The notes under the pieces are model-generated. The model was not told the DNA's origin. It saw nothing but the letters and a program-made list of their open reading frames with translations, and made no database searches. A program made the translations under genes and the position numbers. Shown here one piece after another: positions 62,457-64,000 of a stretch of DNA of 64,000 nt. Source of the DNA: Mobula hypostoma (lineage: Eukaryota); the NCBI RefSeq assembly GCF_963921235.1, contig NC_086101.1, positions 4,032,001-4,096,000 of the forward strand. Direction: 5' to 3'. Positions within the stretch are counted from its first letter, which is position 1. Each line of letters starts with the position of its first letter.

Positions 62457-63399
62457 TGTGACGAGAATACACATACAATTAAGATGTTTGCTGGCCTGGG
62501 TGGCATCAGCAGTTGGTCTGCCACCTGTCCTCAGGGGAAGGAGAGATAAAGAACAATGAAACAGCATCTGGAGATGTGTAATGAAGGGACGGGAGAGAGA
62601 GAGCTGTCTGGAGCGGCTCCCCCTTTGAACCCTGAACTGTTTGAAGTGATGGACAGGCGATCTGGAGATGTGTAATGAAGGGACGGGGGAGAGAGAGCTG
62701 TCTGGAGCGGCTCCCCCTTTGATCCCTGAACTGTTTGAAGTGATGGACGGGCGATGCCCCAGCAGGGGGATAAAAAGGGACAGGTTCGCTAAGGCAGGAC
62801 ACACGACACCCGAGGTAACGAGACCCTGGAAGCGGTGCACCTCTCACGAGTCGGTGGGAAGTACCGGACAACGCACAAGGTGGAAAGGTACGATCAGCGG
62901 GAACCCGGTGTGTGTCCGCCCTTGCCTGGGTGCCGGGTTCACTGCGGAGGATCGACCGCATCTGCAGGAGGGGTCACAGTCGGTGACCTCAGGTGACATC
63001 ACAAAGGACCCGCCCGAAAGCTCCTTGTGAGCAATATCGCCGGTCTGTGAGTGGAAGCCGTTTCTGAATGATCAGTCGTTCCCGTTCTCTCTCTCTCTCC
63101 CCCCACGTTGTCCATCGCCATGGCAACGATTACTGCGAACTGAACTAAATTGGACTGAACTTTTGTGTCACTTTGAAATTTGGTCATTTACCCCTAGACA
63201 ACGATAGAGCTTGATTGATGCTGTTATCTTAATTCTGTGCACATGTGTGTTTATCATTGCTGAACTGTTGCATTTATTATCCTTTTGATTACTGTGTTGC
63301 TTGTTTCTTTAATAAAACTTTCTTAGTTCTAGTAATCCCGACTCCAACTGAGTGATCCATTTCTGCTGGTTTGGCAACCGAGTTACGGGGTGCGTAACA
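62457..63399 (+). repeat. 3' LTR (943 bp, includes a 94-bp tandem duplication)
   Basis: Direct repeat of the 5' LTR; preceded by the purine tract AAAAGGGGTAAG. Confidence 0.95.
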
Positions 63400-64000
63400 C
63401 ATCTAAAACAAGAGAACCCCGAAGTATTCAACTACCAGTCTTGCCCTCCTGTAAACAAGTCTCACTCATGACGACCATTTTATAATTTCATGTGTAGATC
63501 GATGCCCTGAGCTCATTAGCCTTTCCTACTGTGCTTCTTGCATTGAAATATACCTAACTCAGTCATTTGTCCCACCGTACTGAAACTTTTGATTTCTGAA
63601 TTTGACATGAGATCGTAACATCCATCTCCACAACCACTCAATGATCTGTTCTGGCACTCTGCTCCCCATCACCATCAACTCTAGTTTAACACCACCCACC
63701 AGCCCACCACACCGTGCAGTACTAGCAAATCTTCCTGTTAGTATATTATTATCCCCCTCCCTTTAGGTACAAACTTTCTCTTCTGTACTGGTCTCACATT
63801 CCATGGAAGAGAGACCAATGATCCAAATCCAATTCCATTCTGGCGGCCCAATCAGCACACACTGAGGAGGTTCCTCACAGGTCAGCAGTGGTCGTTCAGA
63901 AGGAGAGTTTCACGGTCGTTCAGTATCATTCTGGTGGGCCAATCAGAGGCTAGAGCAACGCAGAGAGGAGTAAATAAAAATACAGAGGGGACAAGTGGAG

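Larger units (their letters stand above)
58452..63399 (+). mobile_element. Complete non-autonomous Gypsy (Gmr1-like) LTR retrotransposon
   Basis: TGT...ACA LTRs, 4-bp TSD CATC, PBS, PPT, gag and protease plus pol remnants. Confidence 0.93.

Noticed and set aside
48369..64000. Next upstream factor B exon (YDYDVAL-type catalytic Asp)
   Set aside because: Not found by eye; probably beyond the window, though it could have been missed.

Overview
Eukaryotic, vertebrate-type genomic DNA. The repeat complement (CR1, L1/Tx1, Rex-Babar, Penelope, V-SINE-like, R4/Dong) suggests a cartilaginous fish such as a ray; this is inference. Most of the window is transposable element. The only host gene found is the 3' end of a complement factor B/C2-like serine protease on the minus strand: five exons (48366-48287, 47759-47647, 19273-19138, 13564-13515, 11573-11427) that splice in frame with GT-AG borders and an intact GDSGG catalytic motif. 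Its 28.4-kb intron holds a nested stack of CR1 LINEs, one with an intact 1008-codon ORF2. Also present: two 5'-truncated L1-clade elements with TSDs, a pogo/Tigger deletion derivative, a Tc1 end, an R4/Dong fragment, Penelope fragments with minimal hammerhead ribozyme motifs, a 30-bp minisatellite, and a complete non-autonomous Gmr1-like Gypsy LTR element. The most notable signal is a conserved U_UUA_AAC slippery heptamer at the ORF1/ORF2 overlap of several diverged CR1 subfamilies, which suggests programmed -1 ribosomal frameshifting. Boundaries of degraded repeats are approximate, and family names come from motif recognition, not database search.
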